Made by a program: the position numbers and the translations under genes. From assembly GCA_020148055.1 (NCBI GenBank), contig JAHCRF010000002.1, positions 28,138-92,137 of the forward strand: a DNA stretch of 64,000 nucleotides, read 5' to 3'. Shown here piece by piece: positions 43,524-51,889 of the stretch. Below the pieces are notes generated by a model. It ran no database searches. It saw only the letters and a program-made list of their open reading frames with translations, and was not told where the DNA came from. Source of the DNA: Patescibacteria group bacterium (GTDB taxonomy: Bacteria > Patescibacteriota > Minisyncoccia > Minisyncoccales > JAHCRE01). Each line of letters starts with the position of its first letter. Position 1 is the stretch's first letter.

Positions 43524-45212
43524 TTATTTATTTTTCACGAATAAACAAGGTCTTTTACTAACAATGACCGAAACTTCCTTTTTCTTCAGGAAGTCCTTTA
43601 TTGTTTTGATAAATTCTTTCTGATTGATTGGGTCAATAACTTTAAAATATTTAACTCCACAGGCCTGAACAATATCCTCAATTTTTATTGCCCGGGTTTT
43701 CTCACCCATTCCAGTCTTTCCAACCCCCGGATGAGGCTGATGTCCAGTCATAGCAGTTGTTCGATTATCTAAAATTATAATTAAAGGATTAGATTTATTA
43801 ACAACTGCATTAATCAAGGCTGGGATTCCGGCATGAAAGAAAGAGGAGTCGCCAATAAAAGTGATTAATTTTTGGCCACTGGCTTTTTTAATTCCATGGG
43901 CGATTCCGATTGAAGAACCCATACACGACAAATAATCTTGCATCTCAATTGGTGGGAGACGGAAAATCATATAACAACCAATACCACCTCCAAAAATTAC
44001 TTTTTTAGGATCAACCACTTTATTCACGGCTGAAAGGACTAACCAATAAGGGCAACCAGGGCAAAGTTGAGGAGGTCTTTTCTGGAAAACTGAATCAGGT
44101 GTGGAAATTTTATATTTTGAGCGATAGCGAAAAATATCCCCAGAGGCATACTTTCTCCCGACAAATCTCGCCAAGGCAAAAGTAACATCTTCAGGATGTA
44201 ATTCACCAATCTCAGATAACAAGTTTTTACCGAAAACCTGAAGCTTTGGATTAATATCTTTGGCAAAAGCTTTTATTTCTTTTTCCAAATACCCTTCTAA
44301 TTCCTCAATAATTAAAACTTTTTTAAGATTTTTTATAAATTTTTTTATTTTTTTCTCAGGCAAAGGATGAAAAAATGCAAGTTTCAAAACCGGCAACTTT
44401 AAATTAAGCTCCTTTTGAGCCTCCATAATATATTGATAGGAAATCCCTGAGGTTACAATACCTCCCTCTTGTCTCTTGTTGCTTGTTGCTAGTTGCTCAA
44501 TTAAATTTATCTCACTTTTTTCCGAAAATTCTTTAATTTTTTCAATTTTTTCTAAAAGCTCTCTTTTCATTTCCAAAACCCGGGGAGGCATAGTTGAGAA
44601 TTTCTCTGGATTTTTAATAAACTTTCCCAATTTTCTTTTAATTTTTGGGAGTTTATCAAGCTTAACCGGACACTTCTGATGAGAAACCCTGGTGGTCACT
44701 CTAATCATTATTGGTATTTTAAATTTTTTAGAAAGTTTGAAGGCCAATTTTGTAAAATCTTTACATTCCTGAGGATTTGATGGTTCTAAAATTGGAATGT
44801 GGGCTAAATAGGCAAAGGCTCTTGTGTTCTCTTCGGATTGGGCTGAGCTCCAACAAGAGGGATCATCGGCAACTAAAATAACCATTTCTCCCTCAACACC
44901 AATATAACAGAGAGGCATTAAAGCATCAGAGGCCACATTCAATCCAAAATGCTTCATAGCTACCAAAGATTTTAGACCGGAAAAACTAGCCCCAGCTCCT
45001 GCTTCCAAAGCCACTTTTTCATTGGTTGAAAATTCAAAATAAACACCGGCAGCCTTGGCAATTTTTGAAAAAACATTCCCAATTTCTGAAGCTGGTGTAC
45101 CTGGATAAGTAGAGACAAAATTGACCCCTGACTCTAAAGCTCCTCTGATAATTGCTTCATTACCAAGAAGGATTATTTTTTTACCTGGTCTGTTTAAAAG
45201 AATTTCTCTCAT
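43524..45212 (-). CDS. iorA: indolepyruvate/2-oxoacid:ferredoxin oxidoreductase, alpha subunit (no C-terminal ferredoxin domain)
   Basis: GNEAIIRGALESGVNFVSTYPGTPASEI, CPGCPYW, TPP-binding GDSSFFHAG...LDNRTTAMTGHQ. Confidence 0.75.
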   Translation of the reverse strand: MREILLNRPGKKIILLGNEAIIRGALESGVNFVSTYPGTPASEIGNVFSKIAKAAGVYFEFSTNEKVALEAGAGASFSGLKSLVAMKHFGLNVASDALMPLCYIGVEGEMVILVADDPSCWSSAQSEENTRAFAYLAHIPILEPSNPQECKDFTKLAFKLSKKFKIPIMIRVTTRVSHQKCPVKLDKLPKIKRKLGKFIKNPEKFSTMPPRVLEMKRELLEKIEKIKEFSEKSEINLIEQLATSNKRQEGGIVTSGISYQYIMEAQKELNLKLPVLKLAFFHPLPEKKIKKFIKNLKKVLIIEELEGYLEKEIKAFAKDINPKLQVFGKNLLSEIGELHPEDVTFALARFVGRKYASGDIFRYRSKYKISTPDSVFQKRPPQLCPGCPYWLVLSAVNKVVDPKKVIFGGGIGCYMIFRLPPIEMQDYLSCMGSSIGIAHGIKKASGQKLITFIGDSSFFHAGIPALINAVVNKSNPLIIILDNRTTAMTGHQPHPGVGKTGMGEKTRAIKIEDIVQACGVKYFKVIDPINQKEFIKTIKDFLKKKEVSVIVSKRPCLFVKNK

Positions 45213-45265
45213 AAAAATAAAAAATAATTTGCATTGCCAAATAATAAATCTTCTAAAATTTAATT

Positions 45266-47086
45266 TTACTCTACAGTAACTGATTTAGCAAGATTCCTGG
45301 GCTTGTCAACATCGCATCCTTTTAATACTCCAATGTAGTAGGCGAAAAGTTGTAAGGGTGTAACACTTAAAATCGGAGTTAACATCTCCAGGGTTTTTGG
45401 AATATAAATCACACTATCTACTAATTCTTCAATTTTTTTATTTCCTTCTGTTGTTAAGACAATAACTCTACCTTTTCTTGCTCTTATTTCTTCGATATTA
45501 GAAATCATTTTATCATAGACTGAATCTTTAGGACAAATAGCAAAGATAGGGAAATTTTCATCAATTAAGGCAATGGGTCCGTGTTTCATTTCTCCAGCTC
45601 CATAACCTTCGGCATGGATATAAGAAATTTCTTTTAATTTTAAGGCACCCTCTAAAGCAATCGGGAAATTGTATTTTCTACCAAGAAACAAAAAGTTATT
45701 ATAATTTTTATACTTTTCTGCTAATTTTTTAATCTGAGAAGAACTTTTCAAAACCTCTTTTACCAAATCGGGAATTTTTAAAATTTCTTTAGCAATCCTT
45801 TGGCCAATTACCAAAGACATTTCCCTTTGTCTTCCCAAAAACAAAGTCAAAAGGGCCAAAACTTCAAGTTGAGAAGTGAGAGCTTTAGTTGAAGCTACTC
45901 CAATTTCAGGACCAGCGTGATTATAAACGCCCGCTATAGTTTCTCTGGCAATTGAAGAACCAACAACATTCACAATCCCCAAAGTTAATATCCCCTTTTC
46001 TTTTGCTTCTCTAATTGCTGCCAATGTATCAGCTGTTTCGCCACTTTGGGAGATTGCTAAAACTGCTGTGTTTTTATCTAAAATTGGTTTTTTATAACGA
46101 AACTCAGATGCAATCTCAACCTCTACTGGGATTCTGGCATATTCCTCTAACATATATTCACCAACTAAGGCAGCGTGATAGGCAGTTCCACAGGCAACAA
46201 TAATTAACCTTTTAATTTTTCTTAATTTTTCTTTTACACTTTCTAATCCTCCTAATTTTGCCCGACCCGTTTCTAAAATTATCCTTCCTCTTTGAGAATT
46301 TTCTAAACTTTCAGGCTGTTCCATTATTTCTTTCAGCATGAAATGAGGGTAGCCTCCTTTCTCAGCTTCTTCAAGAGTAAATTCTATTTCTTCTGGAACT
46401 TTTTCTTTGAGAATGAAAAACTTTTCTTGAGTAATTACCGCTGTTTCATAATCATCGAGATTTATTATCTTTCTTGTAAAAGGAACAATTGCTGCTGGAT
46501 CAGAAGCTATAATATACTCCCTTTCATTCAATCCGATTAAAAGAGGGGAGGATAATCTAGCAGCAACAATTTTTCGAGGATCCTGACGAGAAATTACACA
46601 AATTGCATAAGTTCCCTTAACTAACCTCAAAGCTTTTCTAACGGCTTCTTCTAAATTTCCTTGAAAAAGCTTCTCAATCAAATGGCACAAAACTTCAGTA
46701 TCTGTTTCAGATGAAAATTTATGACCTTCTTTTATCAATTGCTCTTTTAATTCTTTGTAATTTTCAATTATTCCATTATGAACTAAAAAAAGATTTTTTT
46801 GACAGTCCCAGTGAGGGTGAGCGTTTTCGTCAGTTACCTCTCCATGAGTTGCCCATCTTGTATGGAAAATCGAGGGGTTTCCGCTCAAATCAAATTTAGA
46901 CTCTTCGAGTTTCTTTTCTAATAAATTTATTCTTCCTGCACTTTTCAAACAAAAAATTTCTTTTTTTTCTGAATTAAAAAAAGCTAGGCCAGCTGAATCG
47001 TATCCTCTATACTCTAATCTCTTTAAAGCATCAAGGCCTGTTTTTATATTATTATTTTTTCCGATTAAGCCGATTATTCCGCACAT
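45266..47086 (-). CDS. glmS: glutamine--fructose-6-phosphate aminotransferase
   Basis: MCGIIG (Ntn Cys), HTRWATHG, two SIS domains, C-terminal ..KPRNLAKSVTVE. Confidence 0.95.
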   Translation of the reverse strand: MCGIIGLIGKNNNIKTGLDALKRLEYRGYDSAGLAFFNSEKKEIFCLKSAGRINLLEKKLEESKFDLSGNPSIFHTRWATHGEVTDENAHPHWDCQKNLFLVHNGIIENYKELKEQLIKEGHKFSSETDTEVLCHLIEKLFQGNLEEAVRKALRLVKGTYAICVISRQDPRKIVAARLSSPLLIGLNEREYIIASDPAAIVPFTRKIINLDDYETAVITQEKFFILKEKVPEEIEFTLEEAEKGGYPHFMLKEIMEQPESLENSQRGRIILETGRAKLGGLESVKEKLRKIKRLIIVACGTAYHAALVGEYMLEEYARIPVEVEIASEFRYKKPILDKNTAVLAISQSGETADTLAAIREAKEKGILTLGIVNVVGSSIARETIAGVYNHAGPEIGVASTKALTSQLEVLALLTLFLGRQREMSLVIGQRIAKEILKIPDLVKEVLKSSSQIKKLAEKYKNYNNFLFLGRKYNFPIALEGALKLKEISYIHAEGYGAGEMKHGPIALIDENFPIFAICPKDSVYDKMISNIEEIRARKGRVIVLTTEGNKKIEELVDSVIYIPKTLEMLTPILSVTPLQLFAYYIGVLKGCDVDKPRNLAKSVTVE

Positions 47087-47135
47087 AAATTTGATTTTTT
47101 ATTTTAACATTTAATTTTAAAAAAGAATAGGAGAG

Positions 47136-47169
47136 ATAAAAAATAGGCGTTAAAGCAATTTTTAACGCC
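47136..47169 (-). terminator. intrinsic terminator upstream of glmS / after the 99-aa ORF
   Basis: Minus strand GGCGUUAAA-aauugc-UUUAACGCC followed by UAUUUUUAU; the hairpin overlaps the ORF stop codon. Confidence 0.6.
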
Positions 47170-47461
47170 TTCTGGAAACTAACTTGCTGGCTGTTGTGCT
47201 CAGTAAGACCTCGACATCTTTTGCCCATTCTGCATCTTCTGTTTTTTTCTTCCCAGATGTAGATTTTGGACACAGCTTACAAAGTTTGTGTCCGGAATAC
47301 TCTCTAAAACATTTGCTATCTTTGTATTTTTCATAGCAAATCATTATCCATTCTTCATCAGATAGTCCCTTTTCTTTTTTTTCTTTCAGGGTTGGGACAA
47401 TTATCTCCTTTTTAGGTTCCTCTAATTCCCACCTCCATCCAACAATTTCTCTCCTTTTCAA
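47162..47461 (-). CDS. hypothetical Cys-containing protein (99 aa)
   Basis: ORF ending in a terminator; CYEKYKDSKCFREYSGHKLCKLCP; no family recognised. Confidence 0.4.
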   Translation of the reverse strand: MKRREIVGWRWELEEPKKEIIVPTLKEKKEKGLSDEEWIMICYEKYKDSKCFREYSGHKLCKLCPKSTSGKKKTEDAEWAKDVEVLLSTTASKLVSRRR

Positions 47462-47601
47462 TTTTTTTCACTTTTGAAGATTCTAATTTTATATTAGCAA
47501 ATTATCATTCTCTGTCAAAAACTAAGATTTTTTAAATATCACAATCTTTGTCCAGTCTGGCTTTAAAAATTGTTTTAAATTCATATTCCTATTCCCAATA
47601 A

Positions 47602-47796
47602 TTATTTTTTTCCTTTTACTTCTTTAAAACACTTGTTGCAAAAATGAATCTCTAATTTAAATCCTCCCTTATTTAACCAAACATGCCAAGCTTTTCTTAT
47701 TTTTCTTTGACATTTCGCACATCTAAATTCTCTATACTCGGGAGTTTTCTTTATCTTCCAGGTTTTAACGATTTTAAATATTTTATTTTCATTCAT
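47602..47796 (-). CDS. small zinc-ribbon protein (64 aa from Met12)
   Basis: CAKCQRK...HFCNKCFKE (CxxC-23-CxxC). ATG 47796 avoids a long overlap with the Nudix gene. Confidence 0.45.
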   Translation of the reverse strand: MNENKIFKIVKTWKIKKTPEYREFRCAKCQRKIRKAWHVWLNKGGFKLEIHFCNKCFKEVKGKK

Positions 47797-47797
47797 C

Positions 47798-48232
47798 TTA
47801 TATACCAAGTTTTTTAAAAGCATCTTCAATCATTTCTCTATGATCCCATCCTATGTCTATATTTTTCAATTCTTGTTTAGAGAAAAATTTCACATCTTGT
47901 ATATTTTCTCCAGGCTTTAAATCCCCTCCAACTAATTTGCACAAAAAAACTAGTGCAACAAAATGTCCCCTTCTGTCTCTTTTAGGATTAGTATAGGCGC
48001 TAACTAAAGACCCTTTTTCAAAAGGATAATAAAAATCGATTTTTAATCCAGTTTTTCTTAGGGTATGTCTTTTCAATTCATCTAAAATAGTGTCGCTATA
48101 CAAAACCTGCCCTCCGGGCAAATGCCATTTACCACCCTCTTCTATGCCTTCTGTTCTTAGGGCCAAAACAACTCTATAATCTTTAGTAATAATTACTGGG
48201 TCTACATGAACAGTTGGATATTTTGCATTCAT
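47798..48232 (-). CDS. NUDIX-fold protein with degenerate Nudix box
   Basis: WHLPGGQVLYSDTILDELKRHTLRKTGL occupies the GX5EX7REUXEEXGU position, but the REXXEE glutamates are replaced (RHTLRK). Confidence 0.65.
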   Translation of the reverse strand: MNAKYPTVHVDPVIITKDYRVVLALRTEGIEEGGKWHLPGGQVLYSDTILDELKRHTLRKTGLKIDFYYPFEKGSLVSAYTNPKRDRRGHFVALVFLCKLVGGDLKPGENIQDVKFFSKQELKNIDIGWDHREMIEDAFKKLGI

Positions 48233-48235
48233 AAT

Positions 48236-50725
48236 TTACACAACTATATTAATTAATTTCCCGGGAACAAAAATGACTTTTTTAATTTCTTTTCCTTTTA
48301 TCCATTTTTTGATTTTTTCACAAGAAAGAGCTAATTTTTTGGCTTTTTTTTCAGAAATACCAGCTTCAACTTTTGCTCTATCTCTAACTTTTCCATTCAC
48401 CTGGATAACCAGAGTAATCATTTCTTCTTTTACCAATTTCGGATCATATTTTGGCCAGGGCTGATTGTGAATTGAATTTTTAGCTTTGAATTCTGAACTT
48501 TCAATAAAATATTTTTGCCAAATTTCCTCAGTTAGATGAGGCGCAAAAGGAGCTAAAAGTAAAAGTAATGTCTTTATATGCTGTGGGCTGTAGTCCCTAG
48601 ACTGTAGATTATTTACTAAAATCATTAGTTGAGAAATAGCTGTATTGAATTTAAAGTTTTCAATGTCTTCGGTAACTTTCTTTATTGTCTGATGAATTAA
48701 TTTCTCGAGTCTTACGTCTTGTCGCTTGTCGCTTGTCCCTTGTCGCTCAACCTTTTCTTGAAGTCTCCAGGCTTTCTCTAAAAATCTCCTCGTCCCGATT
48801 ATTCCTTTGATATTCCAATTTATTGCCTCATCAAAAGGACCCATAAACATCTCATATAATCTAAAAGCATCGGCTCCATATTTTTCAATTATTTCATCAG
48901 GTAAAATCACATTTCCTCTTGATTTTGACATTTTTTGACCATCTGGAGCCAAAATCAAACCCAAAGTTTTAAGTTTTAAAAATGGTTCTTTAAACTTTAT
49001 TAAGCCAGCATCATATAAAACTTTTGTCCAGAATCTAGCATAAAGTAAGTGTAAAACTGCATGCTCAGCCCCCCCAACATATAAATCTACCGGCAGCCAA
49101 TAATTTATCTTCTTTCTATTCCAGCTAAATTCTTTATTCTTATGTAAGAGATAAGCAATGAAGTACCAACAAGATCCTGCCCACTGAGGCATTGTATTTG
49201 TTTCTCTCTTAGCTGAACCCCCACATTTTGGGCAAATAGTTTGTACCCATTTTTTAATTGCTGCTAAAGGAGATTCTCCAGTTCCAGTAGGCAGATATTT
49301 TTTAATTCTTGGAAGCTTCAAAGGCAGATCTTTCTTTCTTAAGGGAACTACCCCACATTTTTGACAATGAACTATTGGGACGGGTTCTCCCCAATATCTC
49401 TGTCTTGAAAAAATCCAGTCTCTCAGTTTAAAATATACGGCTTTTTTGGCTAAATTTTTCTTAGTCAACCATTCCCCTATTCTTTCTCTAGCTTCCCTTG
49501 ATTTCATTCCAGTAAAACGATCAGAATTAATTAAAATTCCTTCTTTCTCATAAGCCCGGTCAAATCTTCCATCAGACACTATTAAAGGAGCTTCTTTCTT
49601 TGATTCTTTTTTTTCATAATAGGGCTTAATGACTTCGATTACTGGCAAATTATATTTTCTGGCAAAATCAAAGTCCCTTTGGTCGTGAGCAGGGACAGCC
49701 ATAATAGCCCCTGTTCCATAATGAATCAAAACATAATCAGCCACGAAAATAGGAATAGCTCGGCCATTTACCGGATTAATTGCTTTAATTCCCCTAATTT
49801 CTATCCCAGTTTTCTCTTTTACCTCGCTTATTCTTTCTCTCTCAGTTTTTTTCTTTGACTCTTTAATATATCTTTCGACAGATTTGAAATTTGAGATTTG
49901 AGATTTAAGCTTTGAAATAATTTGATGCTCTGGTGCTAATACCAAATAAGTGCAACCAAAAAGAGTATCTGTCCTTGTAGTAAAAACTGGAATTTTATTT
50001 TTGATTTTTGAGATTTGAGATTTGAGATTAAATACTATTTCCCATCCCTCTGATTTTCCAATCCAATTTCTCTGCATTTCCTTTATTTGCTCTGGCCAAT
50101 CAAGTAAATCCAAATCTTTCAATAATCTATTAGCATAGGCAGTGATCTTTAAAACCCACTGTCTTAGATCTTTTTTTGTTACCTCAGTGCCACACCTTTC
50201 ACATTTCCCTTCAATCACTTCCTCGTTAGCTAATCCTGTTTTACAAGAAGGACACCAATTAATCGGCAAGGTTGCTTTGTAAGCCAAACCCATTTTATAA
50301 AGTAAAAGGAAGATGAATTGAGTCCATTTGTAATATTCAGGATCGGTTGTGTTTATTTCTCTTGACCAATCATAGCTTAAACCAATCATCTGAAGTTGTT
50401 TTTTCATTCGCTTTATATTTCTCCTGGTAATAATTTCTGGATGAATTCCGGTTTTTATGGCATAGTTTTCAGTTGGCAGGCCAAAAGCATCCCAACCCAT
50501 TGGATGCAAAAGATTAAAACCCTTCCTTCTCATAAAATGGGCGAAAACATCAGTAGCAATATAACCTCTTGGATGACCAACATGCAAACCTTCGGCTGAT
50601 GGATAGGGAAACATATCCAAAATATAAAATTTTGGCTTTTTCGAAAAATCTTTTGCCTTGAAAATCCCGAGTTCTTCCCAAATCTTTTGCCACCTCTTTT
50701 CAATTTTGCACGGATTATATTCCAT
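48236..50725 (-). CDS. leuS: leucine--tRNA ligase
   Basis: PYPSAEGLHVGH (HIGH), TTRTDTLFG (editing domain), KMSKSRGN. Confidence 0.95.
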   Translation of the reverse strand: MEYNPCKIEKRWQKIWEELGIFKAKDFSKKPKFYILDMFPYPSAEGLHVGHPRGYIATDVFAHFMRRKGFNLLHPMGWDAFGLPTENYAIKTGIHPEIITRRNIKRMKKQLQMIGLSYDWSREINTTDPEYYKWTQFIFLLLYKMGLAYKATLPINWCPSCKTGLANEEVIEGKCERCGTEVTKKDLRQWVLKITAYANRLLKDLDLLDWPEQIKEMQRNWIGKSEGWEIVFNLKSQISKIKNKIPVFTTRTDTLFGCTYLVLAPEHQIISKLKSQISNFKSVERYIKESKKKTERERISEVKEKTGIEIRGIKAINPVNGRAIPIFVADYVLIHYGTGAIMAVPAHDQRDFDFARKYNLPVIEVIKPYYEKKESKKEAPLIVSDGRFDRAYEKEGILINSDRFTGMKSREARERIGEWLTKKNLAKKAVYFKLRDWIFSRQRYWGEPVPIVHCQKCGVVPLRKKDLPLKLPRIKKYLPTGTGESPLAAIKKWVQTICPKCGGSAKRETNTMPQWAGSCWYFIAYLLHKNKEFSWNRKKINYWLPVDLYVGGAEHAVLHLLYARFWTKVLYDAGLIKFKEPFLKLKTLGLILAPDGQKMSKSRGNVILPDEIIEKYGADAFRLYEMFMGPFDEAINWNIKGIIGTRRFLEKAWRLQEKVERQGTSDKRQDVRLEKLIHQTIKKVTEDIENFKFNTAISQLMILVNNLQSRDYSPQHIKTLLLLLAPFAPHLTEEIWQKYFIESSEFKAKNSIHNQPWPKYDPKLVKEEMITLVIQVNGKVRDRAKVEAGISEKKAKKLALSCEKIKKWIKGKEIKKVIFVPGKLINIVV

Positions 50726-50817
50726 ATTTTTTATTTTATCACATAAAAAAGAAAATAAGCTTTTTTATATTGTTAATAAAGCAATTGATAACGATCTTGA
50801 TAGAGAACGATTATAAT

Positions 50818-51777
50818 TTAGAGACTTATTGGGCTAATATAATGATTTGGTTTATCCAATGTAATATACTCTCTCCTACCATCTTTTCTATAATTGCCGA
50901 AAATTTCTACCACGTCTCCTTCATAAACACAAGAAAAGAATAACCAATAATAAGTTATTATATCAAACACTTTATCATCAATCTTTACCTTTGCTATTCT
51001 GGGACAAAAATGAGTTCCAGTAGAGTCTAAGACTTCTCCTTTGGTTTTTATTTCTTTAATTGGTGGGGTTGTGATGGGATTGGGGGGTATTTCATTCTTC
51101 TTATATACAAATCTGATACACATAGTTTCTTCTCCATAAATGTTTACTCTACTCCATTTTCTTTTTTCTATTTTAAATATTCGATTTACATCAATGGGAC
51201 AATATTCAGACCAACCTTCACTTTTAAGTAGACGCTGTTCATCTGTAGCTTTTTTTATTTTCGCGTTTTTTAAAATTAAATCGAATTTTTTTCTTAATTT
51301 GCTTAAATTCTCTCTTCCGTATATAACTAAATCTATATCACTAGTTTCTCTGCCCAAACCAACAAGAAAAGAGCCATAAATTCCTATATCTTCTATAGGT
51401 ACTTGACCAATTTCATTAATGGAAAGAATCAAATTCTCCCATTTTGTGCCTTTAAAAATTTCACCATCCCAACATTCTTTCATTTTACTTTGGGGAGTAT
51501 AGTGAGTAATAATATCTTGAGTGAGGACTAATACACCATATCTATGTAAATCTGATGCTTCAGGCAAATAATCTGGATGTAATTTTGAGATTAATTTACT
51601 GGAATGCTCTTCTACTCGTCGCCTAAATCTTTTCCCAGTTGCTCTTTCAATTCGATCCCCATTCTTGTCCGGAAAAAACACAGGGACTACTCTAACTTTC
51701 TCTGGGGGATGATAATAACCTTTTACGATAAAAATTATATCATCAAAAGTTTTGATATAATCACAATCTCTGGACAT
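50818..51777 (-). CDS. Pol-beta-superfamily nucleotidyltransferase with a C-terminal region guessed to be OB-like
   Basis: IGIYGSFLVGLGRETSDIDLVIYG (GS..DxD NTase motif). The OB-like idea for the C-terminus (VFDIITYYWLFFSCVYEGDVVEIFGNYRKDGR) and a resemblance to archaeal uncharacterised NTases are from memory only. Confidence 0.5.
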   Translation of the reverse strand: MSRDCDYIKTFDDIIFIVKGYYHPPEKVRVVPVFFPDKNGDRIERATGKRFRRRVEEHSSKLISKLHPDYLPEASDLHRYGVLVLTQDIITHYTPQSKMKECWDGEIFKGTKWENLILSINEIGQVPIEDIGIYGSFLVGLGRETSDIDLVIYGRENLSKLRKKFDLILKNAKIKKATDEQRLLKSEGWSEYCPIDVNRIFKIEKRKWSRVNIYGEETMCIRFVYKKNEIPPNPITTPPIKEIKTKGEVLDSTGTHFCPRIAKVKIDDKVFDIITYYWLFFSCVYEGDVVEIFGNYRKDGRREYITLDKPNHYISPISL

Positions 51778-51854
51778 AATTAAGTCAAAGTTATCAAAAA
51801 TTTAAATTATCTTAATTTTTCATTTTATCATAAAAATTAGATTTTTAAACTAAA

Positions 51855-51883
51855 TTGAGTGAAAAATTTATTTAAAATATAAT
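51855..51883 (+). promoter_or_regulatory. sigma70-type promoter predicting a leaderless deacetylase mRNA
   Basis: TTGAGT (51855-51860) -17 nt- TATAAT (51878-51883), with the ATG at 51890, 7 nt after the -10 hexamer. Confidence 0.45.
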
Positions 51884-51889
51884 GGAAAA

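Noticed and set aside
47087-47161. glmS ribozyme upstream of glmS
   Set aside because: Only 75 nt are available and they are occupied by a terminator hairpin. No glmS ribozyme core is recognisable.
47052-47273. 73-aa minus-strand ORF spanning the glmS start
   Set aside because: It overlaps the glmS N-terminus, a terminator hairpin and the better-supported 99-aa ORF in another frame.
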